Shown here: piece after piece, positions 12,243 through 23,714 of the stretch | Layout of the letters: the number at the start of each line of letters is the position of its first letter | How positions within the stretch are numbered: the stretch's first letter is position 1 | NCBI GenBank assembly: GCA_023515725.1 | Contig: JALDTO010000200.1 | Coordinates: forward strand, 488,276 to 552,275 | DNA: 64,000 nt | Source of the DNA: Amoeboaphelidium protococcarum X5 | Taxonomy: Eukaryota > Fungi > Aphelidiomycota | Direction: 5' to 3' | The notes under the pieces: generated by a model | The model's database searches: none | What the model saw: the letters and a program-made list of their open reading frames with translations, nothing else | Told to the model about the DNA's origin: nothing | Translations under genes and position numbers: made by a program

Positions 12243-14132
12243 ATGGCTATGTTGTTAATCTGTATAGTATGGCTAGTGTCTTTTAGTGTTCTGTAGGCAT
12301 TGCAGTAATATGAAACATAATAGTTGATCAAGTTTGCGCCATCTCTTATAAATGGTTCTGTTAGCAAAGTGGTGGTTTATAATGATTTAATGTTGGCGAA
12401 AAGTGGTCGTAATTAAAGTTGCATTAAATTACTTAGGCCACACATCCCTCCAACTGTAATTGACTAGTATGGTTTGCCAGAGATCAATTTCATAGAGATG
12501 AGAAAACGCCATCCAATGGTTGAGCATCTAAAATCATGTTTTTAACCGCTTGAAGTGGGATAAATTCTAGATTTTGGTATGTATACTGTGCGTAAGAATT
12601 AGATACTATTTGCTTTACTCTCTAGCCATCAGTTACGCGTATTTAAAGCTTCTGATTAAACTTTGGTCACTGTTCTGAATGCATCATCAATCCAATCTAT
12701 TCAAGGTCTGTCCTTTAAACGCTTTCTGATTGATGATGAATCGGATTATGCGTACATTCTTGGCTAATCTCATTCACTAGTAGAAGATAATGAGTAGTTA
12801 GGCCCAGATAATAAATCTACGTCAATAAGAAAAGAGGTTCTACTAAGAGTTGACTTGTTTAGTTAGTAGTTTGATTAGTTGCTCACTCTTCCCGAACTTG
12901 ATGGTGTTTAGTGGGAGACAGCTAATCTGATATCTGTCAACGACATCCTTCAACTTTAACTGAAAAATTCTTCTGATAATTCTCTGATTGCTTATGAAGT
13001 TCAGTCGTAACATGACGCCATGCACTTGAGGTTATAAGATTCTAAGTAGCTGCTGCTTGGATATCACGTTGATTAAATTTATGGGCTTGAGATTTCCACT
13101 CTTAATGATCATCGACTTGTTATTAGTCAACATGATGCATCTGGCTCTGTTCAGTAGACTGTATTGAATTTGAACTTAAGTGGTCACTCTCATGTGTTTT
13201 ATAATTATCAGAAATGGTTGTTCGTCTACAATGGCGAAGATTAATCTCTTATGCTTCTAAATACAACTGACGCGTAAAATGTCACATCTTTATTCAAAGT
13301 GCATCTTACTTTAGTGGAATATTCTGTTGCTTCAATGGTTTACAATCCAGTATAAAGGATATTGATTTTGAATCCCTTAATGGAGATTAATTTCGATTTG
13401 ATGGTTGTTGATCTGTAATCTTAACTGGGGAAATATCATAGATTTTTTGAATCGTTCAAGTATTATCTGCCAGACTTTAAAGATGGTGCCTTGACTATGA
13501 CTAAAAATCAGACGATTGTGTTAACAAGTGAAATGCATCAAATTTCAACAGATCTGATAAATATTCAGTACGTGTCGCCCCAGTATTATTCACAAGTAAC
13601 GTATGCTCTAATCGGTGGTGTGTATAATGCATGTGCTCATCTTCTAAAAGTCTCTGCCGATTCAGATGGAAGTTCATCAGTGATTGAGAAGGAATCACGG
13701 TTCTCTCAGCAGGATTTAATTGATGGCAGAATGTATATTAAATCTGTCAGAGCATGTTCTCTGGACCTTTACAAAATGCAATTTAATGTTACTGATCATC
13801 GAGGGCATAGTCTGTTAATTTGGATTTCGTTCTTACATGCTCGACCGTATGTGGCAACTCATGGCGGCGGCGATTATAGTGTTAAGACTGTTGATTTGGA
13901 TATCACTCCACCACCTCGCATTAAAGATGAAGCTATTTCGACCAGGGGTGTCATGGCGGCTAAATCTGGACATTAGTCCGAGCAAAGAGCTGCTTCTACA
14001 GCGGACATTGTTGTAGTCGCAGTTTCTGTCTCTGCTCTTATACTGTCATCTTTAACGATTAGCGCTTTTGTACTTATCATTAAGCGCCTCAGCAAGAAAA
14101 CTGGTATTAAAAACTTTTCATAAGAAGAGTGA
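12243..14132 (+). CDS. Type I membrane protein (629 aa): signal peptide, beta-rich ectodomain, CSPG/cadherin-like repeat, TM helix
   Basis: MAMLLICIVWLVSFSVLQA signal; FSQQDLIDGRMYI...MQFNVTD; TM IVVVAVSVSALILSSLTISAFVLII followed by KR; one frame to TGA at 14130. Confidence 0.7.
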
Positions 14133-14264
14133 CGAAAACAAGTGACCATATAGATACTTGAATTCATTTATTAGCGTTTATCATTTAACGCTTAGATTTG
14201 AAATAAACCGGCACTTAATTGACCAAAAGTCGCCAATAACCAGAATACACTATAGAATTAAAGC

Positions 14265-15953
14265 TCAAGGCTCCAGACGACGCGGATCTCTAGGGAACAG
14301 TGAGACACGGCGAATATTCTTCAAGTTCAAGTACAGCATCACCACACGCTCCAAGCCAATTCCACCACCAGCATGTGGAGGTGCTCCGTACTTGAAGGCG
14401 TCTATATAACCTTAAATCGTCTTGAGTTCTACGCCATGTTCTTGCGCACTTTTGATCAAAAGGTTCACATCATGGACACGCTAGGCTCCAGACATAATTT
14501 CCTCTCCGCGCATAAAGAAATCATACGAGTTTGAGTATCCAGGATTATTAGGATCCGGCATCGTATAGAACGGTCTCACGGCTAGTGGGAACTTGTCCAA
14601 AATGTAAAAGTCAGTCTTGTACTTGTCGCGCACCAATTTACCCAGCTTTCTCTCATTCTCGGTGCTCAAATCTTCATGTTCGCCCATCTCAACTCCAGCA
14701 TCACGCAACATCTATACTGCATCTTTAAAGTTTAGGCGCAGCGATGGCTCCAAGAACAGGAACTCTTCAAAAGGATACTAACGCTTCACCACGTCAATCT
14801 CATCCTTGTACTGATCACGCAATCCTTTGAAAATGGATACAAACAACTTATCCAATACATCCAGTACTTCGTGATAATGTTCCTAGAATGCCATCTCCAA
14901 ATCCAGGCCAACAAACTCGGTCATGTGTCTGTGAGTGAATGAATTCTCAGCACGGAACACTGGACCAATCTCGAACACCTTCTCATAATCAGCGCAGATC
15001 ATCATCTACTTGTACAGCTACGGACTCTGAGCCAGGAACGCGTCGTTTTTAAAGTATGACACCTTGAACACATTAGCACCACCTTCTGATGCTGCAGCAA
15101 TAATTTTGGGCGTATGAATCTCTGTAAATCCTTATTAGTTCAGATGCTCTCTGAATAGAGTGCCTACTGCATGCTGCAATCTAAAGATGGAATGATTGGT
15201 GGTGGTACGCAGATCAATGATACGATTATTCAGTCTGGTATCCAGATTCACGCGATTATAACCGTCGTCCTCCGCCTACGCTTGATCTTGATCATTGACG
15301 CCAGAAATCTCAGGATCAAATCTCGACGCATCATCCACAGTGAATGGCAACTTTTCCACAGCCACTTCACTCTCGATGAAAATAGTTTTAATCTGCAACT
15401 CATAATCACTAACAGTGCAAGATTAAACTTTCTAGAAAGCTTTCACCACCACAGCCTCAACCAGAACAATCGACTCTGGCTTGATACTACCACAAAACTT
15501 GACCATCTACTTGGACACCTCTTTCTGCTCCTTATCAACAGCGAGCACTGCCTAGATGGTAGCAATTTGCTGACGCAGCACCATGAAGCATTACTTTCCC
15601 TTGGCGCGCGTATTGTGCACTCTTGCTCTCAACAGAACCTTCTCATCAACCTTGATATCCGAGGACACGCCAATGTCGCTGATGCGAATACGCACTCTGC
15701 GCTCGCGATTCTAACTTTAGTTCAGAGGCAGTCGACCATACTTATCAGCAGCATAATCTTCACCCTCCTCTTACTACTACTGAGCGAGACGTGCTTGCTC
15801 CTCCTGGGCCTTTTTACGCGCCTTCTCTTCCTCCTTCTGCTTCTTCTTCAAAGCCTTCTTGGACAATGGTTCGCCAGTCTCAGAGAGCTAGACATTGTCC
15901 AACTTCTGCTCAAGACTCTCTGCCGAAGATTAACTTTCGCTTCCTTACTACAT
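14265..15953 (-). CDS. DPS1: Cytosolic aspartyl-tRNA synthetase (562 aa)
   Basis: AFLAQSPQLYKQM (both later Q are TAG), [55 protein letters not shown]. Confidence 0.97.
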
Positions 15954-16103
15954 ACTTACGAATTCAATTTTTTCTATTTGAATGTGAACTGACGCTTAGT
16001 ACCTGATTAAAAGTCGCGTAGTTTCTCTCAAAGGCGATTAAGCGTTCCCGAGAATCGTCGTCGCTTTTCCTATTGTTGACCGAGCGATAGCCAACTGACC
16101 GTC

Positions 16104-16950
16104 ATGTGGATGTAAGACTTTGAAACAAGAGAATGTTTATGTTATAACGCATATTGTGTGTAGATTTGGATATGGATCACTAATTTGGAAAGTGGACTTT
16201 CCATATGTTGACAAGAAGCATGGTTACATTAGAGGCTATGTACGACGGTTTTGGCAAGCATCGTAAGTCACATTCTTATCTTTCTTGCGGTGAACTCATT
16301 TAGACACTCAGTTTCAGTGTAGAAATGATCACAGAGGTACGGTTGAGAATCCCGGCAGAGTTGTAACTTTGATATAGCACAAGGAGTTCATTCAGAGCCA
16401 AGATGAATTTATCAAAGTCGATAAAAGAAAAGACACCAACGATGGTGATAATGTTCGAGTGTATGGCGTCGCTTACAAGATTTCGGACAGAGATCGCGAT
16501 GAAGTTCTGAAACGGCTCGATCACCGCGAAAAACACGGCTACGTCACTGAGCGGGTGCAGTTTCACGTTCATGAGAGTGATGAATGCCTGTAGGAAGTTC
16601 TTGTGTACATTGGCACATCATAGAATGAGGCTTTTGTTGGCCATACTCCTATAGCGGATCTTGCACGTCATATTTTGAAAAGTAAGGGTCCATCTGGGTA
16701 CAATTTGGAGTACTTGTTGGAACTCCACCACTCTCATGGCAGGTTGTATCCTCTCGTGGCAGATCATCATCTGGATGCTTTAGTTGAGGAGATTTAGCGT
16801 TTAATCTAACAGGGGCACGGTGATGATTACTGTTAGTAATTGCATCAAAAGTTTGTCAGTTAATCATCACGTGGAAGAAATGATGATGATGATGAGGAAA
16901 GTCAAGACTGGGATAAAGAAATATTGCGCGCTAGTGATACGCCAACTTGA
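16104..16950 (+). CDS. CHAC: ChaC glutathione-specific gamma-glutamylcyclotransferase; 2 introns
   Basis: [12 protein letters not shown]...[26 protein letters not shown]...LDHREKHGY...[10 protein letters not shown]. Confidence 0.93.
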
Positions 16951-17977
16951 TTTATATAAGAGAAACCTCCATTAATATTTTGCATATCATCATTACATAT
17001 CACTCATCTATTTCACCTTTTCCACCTTATGATGAGCCAGAGTTGACGGCGCAATTCCAAATTCATTCTATTCAACATGACATTACAACTCTTCGGCGAT
17101 AATCTTTATCATTGCGTGATGATGAATCTAATGGTGTATACAGAACCAGAGCTCTCTATCAAATGTAGATTACAAGTATTCAGTGTCTCCATCATCTGAA
17201 GTACAGACTCGAATCTGAAGGTGCTTAGAACCGCCGGATAGAGTAGATAATTATTCAAAATAGGACCATTAGGCGATTGTTTCGCAGAGATTATTGATCT
17301 TGTACTAGGCAGCTTTAATATCATTCTCCTCTTCCGTATCTCTGACTCTCTAATCATAACAGATTACGGGCTATTAACAGGGTGAATCTTTTTACAGTTA
17401 ATCAGCATAATCCTTCAGCTTGTAGTAGTGATCAAGAATGTGACGGGTGTGCTTTCCAATTGTACTCTGTGGAATCAGTTTCGAATGCTACACATTTTGA
17501 AATAGGAAAAAAATCAATAAAAGTCTATCAGAAAATACCTGCGAATATAAATGATGAGGAATACAACTAATGGTCTAATCAAGTTGTTTCAAGTAATGGA
17601 TTGCTCTGTTGATCAACGTCATCTTCTCTGCTGATCACTTACCGTGGGAATGAAAGTGGAATCAAGAAATCATTCAAGAACAAGTTGATCTTTACATTAC
17701 TGATTGGCGTTAAGTCGGAGTAAGTCAGTATTAACCACATAATCAGTCAGAATTGTTTATACACGTTTGATGATGCCTCTTTCTATTTTATATTGTGTAC
17801 GAAAGACAGTGCTGCACTGAGATTTAACTTAAAGGTATTTTGCTCGTTCTTACTTTCTCCTCTTTCTCTTTTGGAGTCTTTCTATCCAATCTTCTCGTTC
17901 GTTATAGAAGCCCCGATATAATTGTTCCTATTGTCATTTTAGAGCAATCTACGGTATCAGACAATAAATAGAGAAAA

Positions 17978-19972
17978 ATGAATGATCATAATAATAATGA
18001 AATGAATGAGGAATCCCTTCCTTCTGGAGTGTGTGCATTCTGTAATTAGGCTACTAAGTTTAATGGAACGTTCGACATTGACGAGACGCTGTTGCATTGT
18101 ATTCGCTGTCATCTACAGGCTCATCCGACGTGCGTTCATCAGGATTTGACTCCGTGTGCATTCAGGCATAAGTGGGAATGTGGATCGTGTAAGACATGTT
18201 CACTCTGTAAATAGTCGCCGCTCAATGACCCGGATTCTTCGGAGGCTGTCCGGGAGCTGGATGCCTCTTCCATTCTGCTATGTGATAGTTGCGATCAAGG
18301 TTTCCATTTGGAATGTCTGGGCTTAAAGAAGATGCCTCAGAGCTCATACATCTGCCAGAGTTGTACCACTGCTCCGTACGTCAAGTGTCCCACTGTGGGC
18401 TGTGATGGAAGTGGCCACATTAACGGGCGTACTTTGTACCATACAAATGTCAAGTTTTGTCCTCGAGTGTACAAATCTCGTCCATTTATCTCCTCCCCTA
18501 TAAAGATTCGGGATAAACATTAGAGAGTCATATGGTCATCTGACAAGGGGATGATTGCTGTTAAAGATTATACAAAGAAGTAGACATCCATTGAGCCTGA
18601 TAGTGGGAAGACTAAACGCATAAATCTAATCAATAGTAAGCGCAACTCTGACTTTTTGGACAGTCAAGATGATAATACCGCATAGAGCCTTAAAAAGTCA
18701 AAGCTGCATTAAATTATAAAGCTGAATAAACCACTTGATTCCGTCAATGTGTTTGGTGGAAAACTCACTACCACTGAGGCTGATATTTCCAATACTGTTC
18801 CTGATTAGATTGCCAGGACTTTATTCAGTGATGCGAAGGACCAGTCTTTGTCAATGCTTTAACCATACAAATAGTATGCCTGGGAGGATATGCCAAAGAT
18901 TGATAAGGTGATTTTTGGATAATATGAAATTGGAACTTATTACAGTGCGCCTTACCCAGAGGATTTCAACAGGCATGAAAAGTTGTTCGTCTGCAGTTAG
19001 TGTCTTTATTATACATCTAGTGAGTATGTTTATGGTCGTCATACAAGTAAATGTAAGCTGAACCATCCACCTGGTGATGAAGTATACAGAGACTTGGAGA
19101 ATGATTTACATATATTTGAAGTTGATGGGCGGCGACATCGGATATATTGTCAGAACCTGTGTCTATTGGCCAAATTGTGGCTGGAGACCAAGACTTTGTA
19201 TTACGATGTAGAGCCTTTCCTCTTCTATGTGCTGTGCAAGTATAACCGAGATTAAGTGGGAGGACATTATGACTTTGTGGGGTATTTCAGTAAGGAGAAG
19301 AGACCAAGTACTTTGTACAATCTCAGCTGCATTATGACCATGCCACAGTTCCAAGGATGCGGTTATGGGTACTTTCTCATAGACTTTTCTTATCTACTAT
19401 CGCGTACAGAGTGCCAGTTGTATGCAGAATCTCATACGGATGCTCCTTATGATGCCCAGAACTGGTGGCGCAATGGCGGAACTCCTGAGAAGCCGCTGAG
19501 TTCTTTTGGTCTTCTAGCTTATCGAAGTTATTGGCGATGGGCTATCTGTTCATAATTGGATTCTCTACTATCTTTATCACTATAATCTGAATCTAAAGTC
19601 TCCAATGCTGGTACTCCATCAAAGAATTTAAGATAATCTAATTTTAGTAGAAAACAGAAGAATTCTTCTCCTCAAAGTCAAGCAGATGTCAAGTAATAGC
19701 ATTCCATGCATCAATAGTCCTCTTAGATATCTGTTCTGAACTTGTCTCGGTAAACTGGATTGACTTTGGATGATGTTATCACTATTCTACAAGATATGGG
19801 ATTCTTCCGCAGGAGAGATGAAATATCAGATGGATCTATAGAGTATGAGATTGTTGTGGATAAAGAGTACATTAAAGAGGTGTTAAAGAAGCAGGAGGCA
19901 CGTAACTATCCAAATGCTCTTCCCGAAAACTTGCATTGGAGACCTTTTATGAGCAAATTCATGTTCCAATGA
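17978..19972 (+). CDS. MYST histone acetyltransferase with double PHD finger and C2HC zinc finger (664 aa, intronless)
   Basis: CAFC...HCIRC...HPTC...[12 protein letters not shown]...[14 protein letters not shown]; [12 protein letters not shown]; MYST core [55 protein letters not shown]. Confidence 0.95.
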
Positions 19973-20058
19973 GAAATCCCCTCTGTAGATATCAATTAAC
20001 ATTGTAATGGCTTACTTATTAAAAACATCAATTTCGTATATAAATCCAGGTTCACTTA

Positions 20059-20376
20059 TCATTACTAAGATGCTTGATTCTAATTAGGAATCACAGATGT
20101 CACCTACAAGCACATTTGAGAGTTTAATAAATACGACGAATTTAGAATTCATTAAAATATAACACTTACTCTGTTCTCAAGAAAGGCCAACTACTTCTCA
20201 ACGACCAGCAATCGCTCATCCATATTGTTCAAAGACTGGCACACAATAGAGTCGAATCTGCTCAAACCTTTGGAGATTTCATTGATAGCAAGCGATAATC
20301 TGTCAATAACTTCTGCACTATCATACGCCATCTTAGTTGCCTACTGCTGCACCGAACTATCTTCCGATCGATTCAT
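20059..20376 (-). CDS. BRK1: BRICK1/HSPC300, WAVE/SCAR complex subunit; intron 20104-20169
   Basis: EVIDRLSLAINEISKGLSRFDSIVCQSLNNMDERLLVVEKQLAFLENR|VT matches the BRK1 coiled-coil pattern. Confidence 0.8.
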
Positions 20377-20538
20377 TCCTTGATAATTGTGAAATTTAGT
20401 GCTTTTTATAATGGATAAAATAGAGAGTCCAATGGATAAAAGATTACAGTAATGTCAGAAGAGGAATTAGGAGAGAACGAGTGAATGAAACAAAGAGGGA
20501 AGAACGAGAGAAATCGCACGGCCAAAGAGCTAATTGAA

Positions 20539-20883
20539 ATGAAACATTAAAGGCTCTCGGCTCGGTGCAGTTCGAAATAACAGCAGAACGCGCCTTAGCC
20601 TGTGCAGTGTATTGTAAAGTTGGATTACTTAGGTCCATTATTCTCTAGATTCAGGCAATAATCTGGTAAGTATAAGCAGTAAAGACTCCACAAAACATGA
20701 AATTAATGTTTTCACTCAGCATCTTGGTCGCCTTTCCATACAGACATGTGGGTTAATCGATCATTGGTACACTTTAAAAAAGCTCCAGCAATCTTTTCAT
20801 TGGGGTCCCCACATAGCCCCTTAATAGCAGAGTAACAGTATAGTACGAGCATAACGTTAAGCAATTACAAAACACTTCTATGA
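20539..20883 (+). CDS. Possible small spliced hypothetical protein (96 aa), antisense to the omegaRNA candidate
   Basis: ATG at 20539, canonical GTAAGT...TTTTCACTCAG intron 20666-20719, in-frame TGA at 20881; no recognisable homology. Confidence 0.3.
20680..20826 (-). ncRNA. Candidate Fanzor omegaRNA scaffold
   Basis: About 110 nt 3' of the Fanzor stop: GGGG/CCCC hairpin (20820-20802) whose loop ATGTGGG (20814-20808) is perfectly complementary to CCCACAT (20752-20746), a pseudoknot; then a 7-bp hairpin AAAACAT/ATGTTTT (20712-20692). Confidence 0.4.
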
Positions 20884-20933
20884 TTTAGTGATCAGATGTT
20901 AAGCAAGGCGCAATAGAGTCTCTTGCAAGACCT

Positions 20934-23197
20934 TCATATGGACATCACGAACTCCTTGTATAGTGTCTAATCCGCTTAGTTCGCAGTAACCAATTTCACT
21001 TCTTCCTTAGAAAAACTTCGAGACATAACATTATATGATCCAACATTATCCCGATATGCACGAAAATCACCCAACATGAAGTACTCATCAGCACCAAGAC
21101 AGTTATGTAGCACATTCTGAAACGGATGTTGTTTCGACGTAAACTCCTCCGTTGTCACGAGCACTTACTTTCCAGATCTAAATATATTAGCTTATGCCAT
21201 TGCAATAAGTTTCATACGACACTTGTAATGGCTAAACGCCAATAGAGTCTTCCGCGTATTTTTATGGAGAATATGCCCAGAATTTTATTAACCACGCGAG
21301 TGTGTTACCAGTACATCGGCCGTATCACTTAGAACGGGAGGTAGATTCAAACGCTTTATCCGTTTCTTCACCATCTTAATAGTCAGAAACTCGGGAAGAA
21401 TGATTAGATCGTAATGCCGCATCAAAAAGTTGCCTATTCGGTTATGCAAATTCGATACATATGCAGAGAATTTGGTGTAAGCACGACTAATGCATCAGTG
21501 GGAACAACATTATTCTTTGATTACTTCCATGTGTGCCATAATTCTTTCTTCTACGCTTTAAACTCCTCCAGACTCAATTGTCCATTCTGTAAAGCAGCTG
21601 CGCGATTATCCATCTAATCTTTCAGAGACTATGCATTGGAAATCTATTCACTCTTATTCTTATAAAGCTACTTGAAATCAGGCGCAATCGCAATGAATGA
21701 CCTGCAATCCAAATCGAAGACGGTCATGCTCACTCTAACACCTGGATCCACCGAGCAAGTGTTTCCAGTTTAACGGCAACGCGCATCACGGCGGCTTATA
21801 AATGATCTAGCACCTTCAAGATTCTCATCTGCATTATTCATATCTTGCAGTTGCTAGTAATACCAATCAGTGAATGGACCTTATATACAGGAGGCATCAT
21901 ACGAAACAATCACAAAGAACTTTTTTCTTCTTTTCACGAGCTTGAACTCTCTTCCTCTGCCATAGCCAAACTTGATGAAACGGGGCCAGTAGTCAATCTT
22001 GCCAGGCTCTTAGAATAGAGGATCTTTGGCATACAGTTTCCCAAAGCTCTTGAGGAATGAAGGCAGTAGGCGGACGCGATTGCTATCTGGATCTACACGG
22101 GCATCTTACGCTTGAAACTGGAGCATCTAAAACTAATCATCATCTCTATTTGGCATAAAGTTGTAGTCTTTGATATCACCCTTTGTATACTTCTCATGAG
22201 CCGCATAGTAATACGTGCGAGTCGCATTAATAATCTCATCTTGCACTGTAGATGGCATTCGCATCCAACGCAATCTTGGGTCGTCATCAGGCACGCGGCA
22301 CTTTTTGGCTTTGACTTAACTTAGCGCAACATGGTTCCTTAGCGCTTGTATTGACACCTTTTCTCCTTAATCTCTGGAATCATTCAAAATGTTAATGATG
22401 AAATTGACCATTTGAAACTTGAGATCCAGCCATTCATTGAATTTGTGTATGAACTTCTTATCAGGGAATATACGAGTATTAATCGAGCGTATCTGATCAT
22501 ACTGATTCACTTCGGCAATCTCTCGCCGATTTTTCATCTTGCCGACTTTTGGTTTCATGTTTTGCAATGCCACTAGAGATTATCCCGAAAGCTGTAGCAC
22601 TTTCTTCTTCTTCTTCTTCTTCTTCTTCTTCTTCTTCTTCTTCTTCTTCTTCTTCTTCAAACTCTTAGATGACGACTATTACTGCTTAGATTTCCATTTA
22701 GCCATTAGAGAGTCTGTATCTGATGCAATCTACTGATTCCGCATTTTGGATTCAATGATATTCTCAATTTAATGCTGCACCTGACTAAAACTTTACTTCT
22801 CCTGGCTCTCACTTACGTTTTGTCCCATGTCTTTACGATTCAAATTAGGATTGAACTTTGCTGTTAAGGAGTGTTCTGTTTATTAAGATTACGGTATTTG
22901 CCAGTCCTTGTCAGTGCATTTTAACAACAGTCGTTAATTGAACGCGTCTGTGTTGCCATTCCAAACATAATGTCCAAACCATTCAGATTTAGTATTATAC
23001 CAAGGGGCAAATACTGGAGCAAATGCGGCAAATGATGATGCGCCAAGTTCTTTGACTATCCGAATATCAACTTCATTGATCACCTTAGCACACACGGAGA
23101 GAAATCCGGGAATATCTTGATGATATGCTTAAGTTTTGAAATCTTCTAGTGCTGTCTTTGCAGCCGCAGATAATTCACGTTTTTGGCTTGGCTACAT
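20934..23197 (-). CDS. Fanzor2 (IS607-type TnpB-derived) RNA-guided endonuclease, about 741 aa; candidate intron 21487-21524
   Basis: RSINTRIFPDKKFIHKFNEW (WED/HTH start); RuvC-I CSVDPGVRVSMTVFD; LHNRIGNFLMRHYDLIILPEF; TRKTLLAFSHYKCRMKL; VTTEEFTSK (rearranged Glu); RuvC-III YRDNVGSYNV. A short upstream exon at 23292 is an alternative start. Confidence 0.9.
22602..22658. repeat. (TTC)19 microsatellite encoding a poly-Lys tract in Fanzor
   Basis: Perfect trinucleotide run read as AAG codons in the Fanzor frame on the minus strand. Confidence 0.97.
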
Positions 23198-23714
23198 TTT
23201 CAAATGATCAGTATTGCGATGAAAGAATTAGAACACTGTCAGTAAGCATTGAATACAATGCAATGATGAGATGTGACACGACCAGTCATCATTTCATTGT
23301 GATATCAATGAGGATGGTCGCAGCTTAAAACCACTCAGGAGTTATTGGTATTGTTAAGGTATTGAGACAAGCTCAGAAGATTGGCAATAAAGTAAACGAG
23401 TAATTAGATTATTGACTTGTATTGAAGAGCATGTAAAAATATATAGAATCTCATTGATAATCGTATTTAAAATAAGACTAACTATCATACAAATACTTTA
23501 TGGATAAAAAATTTCAAAAGGACTTGGTGCACGAATGATTGATCCGCCACAATTTTGTCGTCGTCGCTTGAAAATTGATTGAAACTTGCGATTTTCATGT
23601 CCTTCTCCTTCTTAATCTGCTCTTCTTTTACCTTCTTCTCTTTAATCGCCTTGCTTTGCTCCGAGTCATCATTTGTCTTATAAAGTCATTATTTGCAAAT
23701 AAATACATCGTAAG

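Noticed and set aside
15171-15992. Long antisense ORFs in the supplied track (e.g. 273 aa here; also 4992-5537, 60788-61339, 61709-62263)
   Set aside because: Shadow frames opposite well-supported genes, with no recognisable motifs.
17030-17612. Possible small spliced gene between ChaC and the MYST gene
   Set aside because: Partial open frames and splice-like signals exist, but I could not build a consistent model or recognise homology.
20540-20673. U1 snRNA-like start ATACTTACC on the minus strand with a CACTGCAC resembling the U1A loop
   Set aside because: It is simply the complement of a plus-strand splice donor (GGTAAGTAT); I found no convincing U1-70K loop, Sm site or stem IV.
20800-20822. 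GGGGCT / GTCCCC motifs resembling RNase MRP or RNase P conserved regions
   Set aside because: Order and spacing are wrong for the P4 helix, and the two halves are on opposite strands.
20411-23510. ATGGATAAAA copies on both sides of the Fanzor locus as possible target-site duplication or element ends
   Set aside because: AT-rich, present twice on one side and located in promoter regions of neighbouring genes; no terminal inverted repeats found by eye.
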